Shown one piece after another: positions 1 through 11,027 of a DNA stretch of 64,000 nt; positions within the stretch are counted from its first letter, which is position 1, and every line of letters begins with the position of its first letter. This DNA is from Nannocystis bainbridge (GTDB taxonomy: Bacteria; Myxococcota_A; Polyangia; Nannocystales; Nannocystaceae): contig NZ_JAQNDL010000003.1 of assembly GCF_028368995.1 (NCBI RefSeq), positions 2,208,001 through 2,272,000 of the forward strand. Reading direction: 5' to 3'. The position numbers and the translations under genes are program-made. The notes below the pieces were generated by a model. The model saw nothing but the letters and a program-made list of their open reading frames with translations. It was not told the DNA's origin and did no database searches.

Positions 1-2
1 AG

Positions 3-3000
3 CCCGACAGCTATCGCCTCGGCGTCCCGGTCGAGCTGCGTTCCTACGAGCTCCACGGCCTCGCAGGCGACCCTTCCGACCCCTTCACCCACGCCGAGCT
101 GCTCGCCCACGCCGACGCCGCCACCGAGCTGCCCTATCACGGACTCGTCACCCCCGGCGCCAAGAAGCGGCTGCTCTCGCGCGCCCAGGTCTATTATTAT
201 TCCGACAACCTCGCCGCGCGCCTGTCCCTCGGGCAATGTGGTCTCCGCGCCCTGCCCTACGAGACCCTGACCCTCGCCTTCACCCAGGCCCACCTCGACC
301 TCGTCTTCACGAACGGCGAGCTCACCGGCCTCGACCTCGAAACCGAGGGCGGCTACCGCGAGGACGGCGGCCGCTGGTGGCGCCCGAGCGGCCGCGTCCT
401 CTTCGACGCCGCCCACTTCTACCGCGTCACCGAGTCCCGCGACATCTTCGGCAACGCCACGACCTTCACCCACGACGCCCACAGCCTCCTGATCGAGGCC
501 GCCGAGGACGCCCTCGGCAATACCATCAGCGCCCACAACGACTACCGCCTCCTCGCCCCCGACCTCGTCACCGACCCCAACGGCAATCGTCAGGCCGTCG
601 CCTTCGACGCCCTCGGCATGGTCATCAAGACGGCCGTCATGGGCAAGGTCAGCGACAGCGACGGCGACACACTGACCGACCCGACCGTGGAGATCGAGTA
701 CGACCTCACCGTCATCCCGTCGGTCGTCCACACGATCGTCCGCGAGAACCACGGCGCCGGCAACCTGGCCTTCCAGCACAGCTACGCCTACTCCGGCGGC
801 CTCGGCCAGGTCGTCCTACAAAAGGCCCAGGCCGAGCCCGGCCTCGCGCCCAAGCGCGACGGCAGCGGCGACCTCGTGTTCGACGGCGGCGACCTCGTGT
901 TCGAGGACACGTCTCCAAATCCGCGCTGGGTCGGCAACGGCCGCGTCATCGTCGACAACAAGGGCAACCCCGTCAAGCAGTACGAGCCCTTCTTCGACTC
1001 GAGCCCCGCGTACACCGACGAACAGGAGCTCGTCGAATGGGGTGTCACTCCGTTCATCCACTACGACCCCGTCGGTCGCATGATCCGCACCGACCTGCCC
1101 GATGGGACTTTTATTAGAGTCGCCTTCACGCCGTGGCAGCAGGTCGCGCACGACGCCAACGACAACGTCCTCGCCAGCGACTGGTACGCCGAGCGCGACG
1201 CCCTGGTCGGAGGCACGCCGCACAACGACGGCGAGAAGTACGCCGCCCTGCACACCGAGCCCCACGACGGCACCCCCACCGTCACGCTGCTCGACAACCT
1301 CGGCCGCCCCTTCCTCGTCATCGCCGACAACGGCCTCGACGAGAACGACGACCCGCTGAAGTTCGAGACGCGCACCAACCTCGACATCGAGGGCAACACC
1401 CTCGAGGTCGAGGACGCCCGGGGCAACACCGCCGAGACCAACACCTTCGCGCCCGGCGGTCTCCAGCTCAAGACCCACAGCCTTGATGCCGGCACCCGTC
1501 TCGCCCTGCCCAACGCCCTCGGCGCCCCGCTGCGCGCCTGGGACAGCCGCGACAACGTGCGCCGCTGGACCTACGACGTCCTGAGCCGCCCGACGCATGC
1601 CTATCTCGCGCACGCGGCCGACCCCGAGGTCCTCCAGCAGCGCATCGTCTACGGCGAGAGCCTCGGCGTCACCGCCGACACCACCAACCACCTCGGCCAA
1701 GTCTACCGCGTTTATGACAGCGCCGGCGTCCTCACCAGCGTCGAGTACGACTTCAAGGGCAACCTCCTCACCACCGAACGCCGCCTCGCCGAAGACTACA
1801 CCACCGCGCCCGACTGGATCGACCTCGCCCCCGAGACCGACCCGGCCCTCATCCACGCCGCCGCCGCGCCCCTGCTCGAGGCCGAGACCTTCACGACATC
1901 CTGGACCTACGACGCCCTCAGCCGCGTCCGCACCCAGACCACGCCCGACGACAGCGTCACCACCCAGGCCTTCGGCGTCGGCGGCATGCTGCAGTCCGTC
2001 GCCGTCAACGTCCGCGGCGCCGTCGCAGCCACGGACATCGTCACCAACATCGACTACAACGCCCGCGGCCAGCGCCTCCTCATCGCGTACGGCAACGGCT
2101 CGTCCACTGATTACGCGTACGATCCTCTCAACTTTCGCGTCACTCGCATTCACACCACTCGCCCCAACCCCGATCCCGACCTTCGCACCGTCCAGGACCT
2201 GCGCTACCACTACGACCCCTCCGGCAACATCGCCCGGATCCGCGACCAGGCTCAGCAGGGCGTCTTCTTCGACAACGCCTACGCCGATCCCACCCAGTCC
2301 TTCGTCTACGACGGCCTCTACCGCCTCATCTCCGCCACGGGCCGCGAGCACGCCACCCTCACCATGCCCACCGCCGAGGGTTTCGCGCCCATTGCGCACC
2401 CGCAGGACATCCAGGCCCAGCGCAACTACACCCAGCGATACACCTACGACCCGGTCGGCAACATCCTGCGGATGAAGCACGAGTCCGGCATGTCAGTTGT
2501 CTGGGAGCGCGGTTACGCCTACCATCTCGGAGGAAACCGGCTGCAGGCCACCAGCGACCCCCTCGACGACATCGACGACCCGCTGAGCTACACCGTCCCT
2601 TACACGCACGACGCCCACGGCAACATGACCGCCATGCCCGCCATCCCCGGGGGCCTCACCTGGGACCACGACGATCGCCTGCAGAGCAGCGATTCCATCG
2701 GCGGCGGCACGACCTACTACGTCTACGACGGCGCCGGCCAGCGCGTCCGCAAGGTCCACGTCAACCTCTCGGGCTCCACCAGCAAGCAGCGCCTCTACTT
2801 CGGTAGCTGGGAGACCTACCGCGAGCACAAGAACATCAACACGACCAACGACCTTGACCTCGAGCGCGAGACCCTCCACGTCCACGACGACCACGGCCGC
2901 GTCTGCCTCATCGAGACCAAGACCGTCGACACGGGCGCCCCCGTCGTCACCCCCGCCAACGTCGCACGCTACCAGTACTCCAACCACCTCGGCACCGCCA

Positions 3001-4304
3001 ACCTCGAACTCGACGAGGACGCCGACGTCATCAGCTACGAGGAGTTTCATCCCTACGGCACGAGCAGCTACCGGGCCGCGAACAGCGCCATCGAAGTCAG
3101 CGAAAAGCGCTACCGCTACACGGGTCAAGAGCGCGACGAAGAAACCGGCCTCGCCTACCATGGCGCGCGCTACTACGCCCCCTGGCTAGCGAGATGGACG
3201 GCCTCTGACCCGATTGGGTTGGGTGGAGGGATGAATAGGTACGCGTATGTGTGGGGAAATCCAGTAAGGCTGGTGGATCTGGAGGGCACCACGCCTAGCG
3301 AGCGAGGATATGTAGAGCGATTCTTTGACTGGGTCCTCCCCAAGAGCGTTCAAGTCAATGTCAATGCGCCATCGGCCCCGCCTCCCTCCGATCTGGGGGG
3401 TGCAGCAAGGCGAAACTTGGGGTGGCAGAGCTCGCCTGAACGGGGCCCGCACCCCGGTGACAGTGCTTGGGGGATGGGAAGGCATCAGTCTCCGCCAAGT
3501 CGGCATGAGGCGATAGCGAGGAGTCTGGCCCTGAGCCCGCTCGACGCAATCGATGCGTTTGTCAACACGCCCCATGAAATTGGGGTGGCATTGGATGGCG
3601 TGAACAGAGGAGATGCCAGAGCTGCCGTCCTTGGAGGTCTTGGAGCTGTCACCGGAGGTTTGGTTGCAGCGGGTGCTGGCGGCATCATGAGAAACATTCG
3701 CCTTCCACGCGGCCTTTCCAAAGGAAATGTATCCGGAGGCAAGAGGAGCGCCGACGTCGTCCCAGCCGGAGTTGCCGATAATGCGGAAGTGAAGGGCTCC
3801 GGAGCGTCCGATCCCCAGCGGGCGACTCTAAGCAAAAAGCACCCCACGCCTGCGGAACCGAAGTCGGTTACGCCTTTTTCACCCGAGAAGCTGAATCGAA
3901 TAGTGGCTGCGCTCGCAAAACGCAATCCTCCTACTCGATTCGTACAAGGTGACGCGGCTAAAGCTTCCCTTAAGAAAGAGGGAGCCGCCGCGATGTATAG
4001 CCCCATGGAGGGCGGGCCTGGCGGCACCGTCTTTCTCCGCGACAACCCCTCCGCCCCTGAAGTCGTGGAGGAACTGATTCATTTGGGGCAGGCTCGGTCG
4101 ATTGCACGTCAAGAGGGGCAATGGCGAAACTTTACGTACGAGGAGGTCCCAATTGTTGAGATTGAGGCGCAGCGCAAGTTGATCCAACTCGGCCGGACTC
4201 TGCGTTGGACCAAATACGAAGAGCAAATTACCAAGGCCAATCTGGTAGATTGGCGCGCCCTCGCGAGGCAGGATAAGCAGGCCGCAAAGGCAGGGAAGCC
4301 ATGA
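3..4304 (+). CDS. Rhs/YD-repeat polymorphic toxin (TcB/TcC-like shell), 5'-partial, with zincin-like C-terminal tip
   Basis: Frame of ORF 618..4304 appears open from the window start (PDSYRLGVPVELRSYEL...). YD repeats, Rhs core 'RYRYTGQERDEETGLAYHGARYYAPWLARWTASDPIG...NPVRLVDLEG', then a more AT-rich tip with EELIHLGQ...EIEAQ. Confidence 0.9.
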   Translation, partial: PDSYRLGVPVELRSYELHGLAGDPSDPFTHAELLAHADAATELPYHGLVTPGAKKRLLSRAQVYYYSDNLAARLSLGQCGLRALPYETLTLAFTQAHLDLVFTNGELTGLDLETEGGYREDGGRWWRPSGRVLFDAAHFYRVTESRDIFGNATTFTHDAHSLLIEAAEDALGNTISAHNDYRLLAPDLVTDPNGNRQAVAFDALGMVIKTAVMGKVSDSDGDTLTDPTVEIEYDLTVIPSVVHTIVRENHGAGNLAFQHSYAYSGGLGQVVLQKAQAEPGLAPKRDGSGDLVFDGGDLVFEDTSPNPRWVGNGRVIVDNKGNPVKQYEPFFDSSPAYTDEQELVEWGVTPFIHYDPVGRMIRTDLPDGTFIRVAFTPWQQVAHDANDNVLASDWYAERDALVGGTPHNDGEKYAALHTEPHDGTPTVTLLDNLGRPFLVIADNGLDENDDPLKFETRTNLDIEGNTLEVEDARGNTAETNTFAPGGLQLKTHSLDAGTRLALPNALGAPLRAWDSRDNVRRWTYDVLSRPTHAYLAHAADPEVLQQRIVYGESLGVTADTTNHLGQVYRVYDSAGVLTSVEYDFKGNLLTTERRLAEDYTTAPDWIDLAPETDPALIHAAAAPLLEAETFTTSWTYDALSRVRTQTTPDDSVTTQAFGVGGMLQSVAVNVRGAVAATDIVTNIDYNARGQRLLIAYGNGSSTDYAYDPLNFRVTRIHTTRPNPDPDLRTVQDLRYHYDPSGNIARIRDQAQQGVFFDNAYADPTQSFVYDGLYRLISATGREHATLTMPTAEGFAPIAHPQDIQAQRNYTQRYTYDPVGNILRMKHESGMSVVWERGYAYHLGGNRLQATSDPLDDIDDPLSYTVPYTHDAHGNMTAMPAIPGGLTWDHDDRLQSSDSIGGGTTYYVYDGAGQRVRKVHVNLSGSTSKQRLYFGSWETYREHKNINTTNDLDLERETLHVHDDHGRVCLIETKTVDTGAPVVTPANVARYQYSNHLGTANLELDEDADVISYEEFHPYGTSSYRAANSAIEVSEKRYRYTGQERDEETGLAYHGARYYAPWLARWTASDPIGLGGGMNRYAYVWGNPVRLVDLEGTTPSERGYVERFFDWVLPKSVQVNVNAPSAPPPSDLGGAARRNLGWQSSPERGPHPGDSAWGMGRHQSPPSRHEAIARSLALSPLDAIDAFVNTPHEIGVALDGVNRGDARAAVLGGLGAVTGGLVAAGAGGIMRNIRLPRGLSKGNVSGGKRSADVVPAGVADNAEVKGSGASDPQRATLSKKHPTPAEPKSVTPFSPEKLNRIVAALAKRNPPTRFVQGDAAKASLKKEGAAAMYSPMEGGPGGTVFLRDNPSAPEVVEELIHLGQARSIARQEGQWRNFTYEEVPIVEIEAQRKLIQLGRTLRWTKYEEQITKANLVDWRALARQDKQAAKAGKP

Positions 4305-4603
4305 CAATGGTGACAAGGATCAAAATTCTGAACGCAGAGCGTGAGGAGAACAATGGCCGCGTCGAGTGGTCGGTATGGCTAACCCGTATCGAGGGGGGGG
4401 ACATTCGGAGCGGCATGAAGTTTAGAGATTCTTCCGGAGAGATCTGGGTTCTGGGCAACATTTACACCTTTCCAGCTCGCATGCTGCGCGTATATCCTGG
4501 CGGCAGAGCCTACACAATGTTGCCTGCAACTAGGAACGCAGTTCTCCAGAAAGGAGACGTTCTGGCCTTAGTTCCTCCTGACGCGTTCTCGCCCGCGGAG
4601 TGA
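4301..4603 (+). CDS. putative immunity protein for Rhs tip 1
   Basis: 100 aa ORF overlapping the toxin stop (ATGA), same AT-richer composition as the tip; typical toxin-immunity layout. Confidence 0.6.
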   Translation: MTMVTRIKILNAEREENNGRVEWSVWLTRIEGGDIRSGMKFRDSSGEIWVLGNIYTFPARMLRVYPGGRAYTMLPATRNAVLQKGDVLALVPPDAFSPAE

Positions 4604-5031
4604 CGATCAGGAACGCGATGGCCCGAGGCCGAGATCCAGGGGTTCCGAAGCTGACCGAGGTACTCACCGACCTCGACCAATGGCGGGAGATGTCTGAACG
4701 CTGGAAGAGCGGCGCGTCGGAGACTGACATCACGGGATAGAGAGCCTTGGCTCGCCGTCCTGTCGTGCTCACGCTCGCTCGTGATGTCTCGACGGCCGAT
4801 GCAGCCGCGAGAGAGCGACCGGTCACAGCGGCTCGATGGTCACGTGCGCGACGCCGAGGCGGAGGAGGCCGGCGCCGAGGCGGCGCTCGATCACCCGCGC
4901 GGGGTCCGGGACGCCGGCCTGGGTGAACTGCAGGCGGATGCGGTGGATGCTCAGGTGGAGGTAGCCGGCGTCGACCTTGAGCATCGTATCCGTCCGATTG
5001 ACTGCGTCTCGCTCGACCCGGGGCGGGTCGG

Positions 5032-6138
5032 CTACACCGAGAGCGGATGCTTGCCCAGCGCGATACGGCGGAAGACGTTGGCGTCGAGCCGCTGCTGAGC
5101 CTCTGGCTTCTGGAGCGTCTCGCGCCAGGAGACGGGGGCGAGCTCGAGGATGCGGGAGCGCGGCCACGAGGGCAGCAGACAGAGGAGGTCGCGGAGGTAG
5201 CCGAGCGGCTCGATGGCGTGCATCTGGCAGCTTGCGAGCAGGGACACGAAGACGGTGTTGGCACGTGCGCCGTCGTCGCTGCCGACGAAGAGCCAGTTCT
5301 TGCGGCCCACGGCCTCGCGGCGGAGCGCGCGCTCGGAGATGTTGTTGTCGAGCGGCAGCCGTCCGTCGTCGAGGAAGCGGCGCAGGGCCGCCCGCTGGTT
5401 GCGAGCGTAGGTCAGCGCGGCGGCCAGCGGCGAGCCGTCGAGGGCGACCTCGGCCTGCGCGTCGCACCACGCGAAGAAGGCGTCGACGATCGGCGCCGAG
5501 ACCTTCCGGCGCACCGATTCGCGCTTCTTGCGAGCCTCCTCGGCGAGCTTCTCCTCGTTTTTGAAGAGCTTGCGGATCAGCCCGAGCGCGTGCCTCGCCA
5601 GCTCCGGTTCGGTGCCCAGCGCCTTATAATAGTAGCGCCGACAGTGGGCCCAGCACGCGACCTCGACGACGCTGCCACGGGCGTAGAGGTGATCGTAGAC
5701 CGAGTGCGCGTCGGCGACGAGGTAGCCCTCGTAGCCCGCGAGCAGGCGATCGACGGCCTCGCTGTCGTGCTTGTGCGAGAATCGATACAGCACGTGCCGG
5801 CCGGGCGCGACCAGCACCCAGAAGTGAGCCCGCTGGCACTGCTCGGACGCCTGCACGAGCACCCCCGTCGCGTCGACGCAGAGGTAGGGCGACCGGAAGG
5901 CGTCGGCCAGCATCGCCTCGACCAGCGGTTCGACGAGATCGGCGAGCTGTTGGGGCCAGCTGCAGATCGTCTGGCGCGAGAGCACGAGGCCCTCGCGGGC
6001 GTAGATCGCCTCCTGGCGGTGGCTCGGCATGTGGTCCTGCCAGCGCTGGACGATCGTGTGCGCAAGGAGCCCGGGGCCGGCCAGGCCGCGCTCGATCGGC
6101 CGCTCCGGCGGCGGCGCGATCACCACGGTCGGGCTCGC
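5032..6138 (-). mobile_element. IS66-family transposase TnpC, 5'-truncated
   Basis: Motifs VDATG, LVADAHSVY, ACWAHCRR, LPLDNNISERALR, GRKNWLFVGS. The N-terminal part and tnpA/tnpB are missing; the frame runs into unrelated sequence near 6140. Confidence 0.88.
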
Positions 6139-8992
6139 GGCTGTCTTTTGGGCCAGTAGCCGGTCCAGTTGTCCTCGGCCTTGGGCTCGGACAGCGCGAG
6201 GTGCCACTTGACGTCCCGATCGCCACGCGCGTAACCCTCGACATCGAGGGTTACAGCCTCGTCGTCACCGACGCCAACGAGAACACCGCCGAGACCAACA
6301 CCTTCGCCCCCGGCGGCCTGCAGCTCAAGACCGAGAGCCAGGACGCCGGCACCCGCTGGGCCCTCCCCAACGCTCTCGGCGCCCCGCTGCGCGCCTGGGA
6401 CAGCCGCGACAACATCCGCCGCTGGGCCTACGACGACCTCAACTGCCCCACTCACGCCTATCTCAAACACGACATCGACGACGAGGTCCTCCAGCAGCGC
6501 ATCGTCTACGGCGAGAGCCTCGGCGCCAGCGCCGACGATACCAACCACCTCGGCCAAGTCTACCGCGTTTATGACAGCGCCGGCGTCCTCACCAGCATCG
6601 AGTACGACTTCAAGGGCAACCTCCTCACCACCGAACGCCGCCTCGCCGAAGACTACACCACCGCGCCCGACTGGATCGACCTCGCCCCCGAGACCGACCC
6701 GGCCCTCATCCACGCCGCCGCCGCGCCCCTGCTCGAGGCCGAGACCTTCACGACATCCTGGACCTACGACGCCCTCAGCCGCGTCCGCACCCAGACCACG
6801 CCCGATGCCAGCGTCACCACCCAGACCTTCGGCCTCGGCGGCATGCTGGAGTCCGTCGCCGTCAACGTCCGCGGCGCCCTGACTGCGACCGACATCGTCA
6901 CCAACATCGACTACAACGCCCGCGGACAGCGCCTCCTCATTGAGTACGGCAACGGCTCGTCCACAGATTACGAGTATGACCCCAGGAACTTCCGCGTCAC
7001 TCGCATTCACACCACTCGCCCCCGACCCCGACCCCGACCTGCGCGCCGTCCAGGACCTGCGCTACCACTACGATCCCGTCGGCAACATTGCCCGGATCCG
7101 CGACGAAGCCCAGCAGGGTGTCTTCTTCGACAACGCATACGCCGACCCCACCCAGTCGTTCCGCTACGACCCGTCCTACCGCCTCATCTCCGCCACGGGC
7201 CGCGAGCACGCCACGCTCACCATGCCCACCGCCGAGGGTTTCGCGCCCATTGCGCGCCCCCAAGACATCCAGGCCCAGCGCAGCTACACCCAGAAATACA
7301 CCTACGACTCGGTCGGCAACATCCTGCGGATGAAGCACGAGTCCGGCATGTCGGTTGTCTGGGAGCGCGGTTACGCCTACCATCTCGGAGGAAACCGGCT
7401 GCAGGCCACCAGCGATCCCCTCGACGACATCGACGACCCGCTGAACTACACCGTCCCCTACACGCACGACGCCCACGGCAACATGACCGCCATGCCCGCC
7501 ATCCCCGGGGGCCTCACCTGGGACCACGACGATCGCCTGCAGAGCAGCGATTCCATCGGCGGCGGCACGACCTACTACGTCTACGACGGCTCCGGCCAGC
7601 GCGTCCGCAAGGTCCACGTCAACCTTTCGGGCTCCACCAGCAAGCAACGCCTCTACTTCGGCAGCTGGGAGGCCTACCGCGAACACAAGAACATCAACAC
7701 GACGAACGATCTCGAGCTCGAGCGCGAGACCCTCCACGTCCACGACGACCACGGCCGGATCTGCCTCATCGAGACCAAGACCGTCGACGCCGGCACCCCC
7801 GTCGTCACCCCGGCCAACGTCGCCCGCTACCAGTACAGCAACCACCTCGGCACCGCCAACCTCGAGCTCGACGACGACGCCGAGGTCATCAGCTACGAGG
7901 AGTTCCACCCTTACGGCACCAGCAGCTACCGCGCCGCCAACAGCGCCATCGAGGTCAGCGCCAAACGCTACCGCTACACGGGCCAGGAGCGCGATGAAGA
8001 GACCGGCCTCGCACGGCGCCCGCTATTACGCCCCCTGGCTAGCGAGATGGACAGCCGCCGACCCGATCGGCCTCGGTGGAGGTCCGAACCGATATTTGTA
8101 CGTCAAATGTGCTCCCACTAGATTTGTCGATCCGACTGGCACGATAGAGCGCCCGAGTACAGCTGAGATTCAGCAGTACGAAAAGGACGCGGCCGAACAC
8201 AATTCAGCTGTGCAGGCATGGCATGCCGAACTGGCCACGTCTGACTCGAGCCAACAAACTGCGGCCCGGCTTGATCGGGAGAGGATCTCGCTTGTTGATC
8301 GGGAGAACGTGTTATTGGATCGATGGCAGGATTTGGCAATTCGAAATGTGCTCGCAGACTTGGAGGACATGCGCACCCGGGAGTATAATGAAGGCAATGG
8401 AGACTCTTGGACGCTCGCCGGACGTACGGTGACTCGGCTCAATGGTGCGTTGAACTTCGCAGCGGGTGTTGCTGCGATGTATGGAACCGCTGGGTTGCCT
8501 TACTACTTGAAGCAGACTTTGCTCAAGCGAGCCTGACACAAGCAATTACCGGCGACATGGCCAGCACGGGACTTCGCGCAGGGACTAAGATTATTTCGAC
8601 AGGGTTATTCGGAGGTAGTGAGCAAGAGGGAGAGACACACGGAGACATCGTTGAGCTGCTGTTTCCGTTGGGCCTTGGTGTCTTCCAGGCGGGTCGCCGA
8701 ATTGGCGCAGCGCCTCCCAACAGCCCCCCCTCTCGCGGGCTTCCTTCGGGGGCGCGCGGTAGCTCTGCTGGCGGCGCAGATAAGGGAGGACGAAAGGTCT
8801 ACCGGCACCTGAACCCGGATGACGTAGAGAACCTCGCTGCGGGGCGTGGCCTTTCTCCGAAGGGTACTCAGACGGATATCAGCGCGCACATCGAAGGCCA
8901 GCCAACTGGAAATATCTCGGCCTCCCTAACGCCAGAGGCAGCGGCACGCTTTGATTCGGGCAATGGCCTGGTGGAGATCGACGTGGACCTAG

Positions 8993-10516
8993 CAGCCCGT
9001 GGTGGAAGTCGCGGTAACCACGCTGCGAGGAATCTAGCGAACAGCAGAGCGGCGTGCGATATCGCGCGCCGCTCGGGAAGCTGATAAAGTGGCTCTGCCA
9101 TGGCGATGGGGCACGACAACGGGGAGCAGCCGACGCTGTTCATCACCTATGACAAGCTGCAGGGGCTCGGGCACCCGTTCTATGAAGCGCTCGACAAGCT
9201 GTTACGGAAGCACGGCTTCGACCGCTTCGCGGAGAAGCAGTGCCAGCAGTTCTACGCCGAGGTGATGGGCCGACCGGGCCTCGCGCCGGGGGTGTACTTC
9301 CGGTGCCTGCTGATCGGTTACTTCGAGGGGATCGGCAGCGAGCGGGGCATCGCCTGGCGGATCGCTGACTCGCTGAGCCTGCGGCGGTTTTTGGGGCTCG
9401 GCCTGGAGAAGCAGCCGCCCGATCACTCGACGATCTCGCGGACGCGACGCCGGCTGAGCATTGACGTGCACGAGCGAGTCTTTACGCGGGTGCTCGAGCT
9501 GGTGGCGGAGCATGGCCTGCTGCGCGGCAAGACGCTGGGGATCGACGCGACGACGCTCGAGGCGAACGCGGCGCTGCGCTCGATTGTTCGCCGCGACGAC
9601 CGACGCGCGTATAAGGAGTACTTGACCGACCTGGCGGAGGCCGAGGGGATCGAGGAACCGACGCGCGAGGACCTGGCGCGGCTCGACCGCAAGCGGCCGA
9701 AGAAGGGCTCGAACGACGAGTGGGTGCACCCGCACGATCCCGAGGCCCAGATCATGAAGATGAAGAACGGCAGCACCCACCTCGCGCACAAGCACGAGCA
9801 GGCAGTCGACCTCGAGACCGGGGCGATCGTCGGGGTGACGGTGCACGGCGGCGCTGCGGGCGACACGAAAACCCTCGAAAAGACGCTGGAGGTCGCCGAC
9901 GCCAATCTCGCGGAGGTACGCCAGGTGGGCTCGGAGAAGGCCAGGGAGCAGATCGCCGAGCGCGTCGAGGAGGTCGTCGCCGACAAGGGCTACCACAGCA
10001 ACGACGTGATGACCTCTCTCGAGGGGGTCGACGTGCGCAGCTATATTCCGGAGCCCGCGCGAGGTCGTCGGCGGTGGGAGGGCAAGCAGGCCGAGCGCGA
10101 CGCGGTCAGCCGGAACCGCCGCCGCATGAAACGGAGCAAGGGCAAGGAGCTGCAGAAGAAGCGCAGCGAGCTGGTCGAACGGCCCTTCGCACACATGCTC
10201 GACTCCGGCGGCATGCGCAGGGTCCACGTGCGGGGTCACGACAATATCCTCAAGCGACTGGTCATCCACGCCGCCGGATTCAACTTGAGTCTGATCATGC
10301 GAATGGTCCACGGAATCGGGAAACCGAGGGCCCTCCAGGGCCTTCGGGCCGCACTTTCTGCCGTACTCGTGGCCGTCCTCACGCTCCTGCGGTGGCTCGG
10401 AGCACTCTTCGGGCGCGGCTCGCAGCAATTTCCGCCGAAGGCTCGACCTCCCGAGTGCTTCGCTTACCCGAGGCTCACCTGAGCGATTTCGTCCCAACGA
10501 CTTCTGCCTCGGGCTG
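8993..10516 (+). mobile_element. complete IS5/IS1182-like insertion sequence
   Basis: Imperfect 19-bp terminal inverted repeats (cagcccgtggtggaagtcg vs reverse complement cagcccgaggcagaagtcg), flanked by CTAG duplication at 8989-8992 and 10517-10520. Confidence 0.92.
9100..10482 (+). CDS. DDE transposase (DUF772 + DDE_Tnp_1 type)
   Basis: 460 aa; GRP...PDHSTISRTRRR, IDATTLEANA, VADKGY, VERPFA motifs. Confidence 0.9.
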   Translation: MAMGHDNGEQPTLFITYDKLQGLGHPFYEALDKLLRKHGFDRFAEKQCQQFYAEVMGRPGLAPGVYFRCLLIGYFEGIGSERGIAWRIADSLSLRRFLGLGLEKQPPDHSTISRTRRRLSIDVHERVFTRVLELVAEHGLLRGKTLGIDATTLEANAALRSIVRRDDRRAYKEYLTDLAEAEGIEEPTREDLARLDRKRPKKGSNDEWVHPHDPEAQIMKMKNGSTHLAHKHEQAVDLETGAIVGVTVHGGAAGDTKTLEKTLEVADANLAEVRQVGSEKAREQIAERVEEVVADKGYHSNDVMTSLEGVDVRSYIPEPARGRRRWEGKQAERDAVSRNRRRMKRSKGKELQKKRSELVERPFAHMLDSGGMRRVHVRGHDNILKRLVIHAAGFNLSLIMRMVHGIGKPRALQGLRAALSAVLVAVLTLLRWLGALFGRGSQQFPPKARPPECFAYPRLT

Positions 10517-10685
10517 CTAGCGATCGCAGGAGGCGCGAAGTTCATCGATCACAACAACGTACTCCAAGCCGCCAAGCGAAGTGGGAACTCCACCACCCTG
10601 CGAGACGCGAGGCGGGCACAGGAGGTCCTGTTTCGTGTCTTGATTCCATTCAATGCGATACGTCAGGTTAGATGAGGAGACGAAA

Positions 10686-10997
10686 ATGCCTGCACTGAGC
10701 GAACACGTGAACGTTTGGCGATCGGCACTGAACATTCTTGCCGCAAAGGGTTACCAAGTTTGGGTGCAAGACGACGGCGAGACGTTTTGCGCAGAGCGTG
10801 ACGGCTGGGATTTTATGGCCGACAGTCCGGTTTCTTTGCTCGGTCTAGTGTCCATGCTTGAACACCAAAGCCCCGAGCATTACGAAGAATACTGGTGGCG
10901 AACGCCTGGCAAGCTCGATGTTTCCAAACTGCCGTCCGAGCCGAAACCTTATGTATCGGTGGTCAAAGGTCCGAGGCAACGAGGACCTGCGGAATAG
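10686..10997 (+). CDS. putative immunity protein for ART-like tip 2
   Basis: GAGGAG RBS then ATG 10 bp after the reconstructed toxin stop; 103 aa, intact. Confidence 0.65.
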   Translation: MPALSEHVNVWRSALNILAAKGYQVWVQDDGETFCAERDGWDFMADSPVSLLGLVSMLEHQSPEHYEEYWWRTPGKLDVSKLPSEPKPYVSVVKGPRQRGPAE

Positions 10998-11027
10998 ATA
11001 GTAGGGCGGCGCGTCATGGCAAACTTC

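Larger units (their letters stand above)
6225..10675 (+). pseudogene. orphan Rhs core plus ADP-ribosyltransferase-like tip; three frameshifts and an IS insertion
   Basis: Near-identical to 1370-3290. +1 C at ~7020, 5-nt deletion at ~8011, -1 G at ~8492. Tip KVYRHL...ISAS...QEVL is split by the IS at 8993-10516 and ends at TGA 10673-10675. Confidence 0.85.

Noticed and set aside
4740-6260. Complete IS66 element
   Set aside because: No terminal inverted repeats, target duplication, or tnpA/tnpB found; only a remnant.
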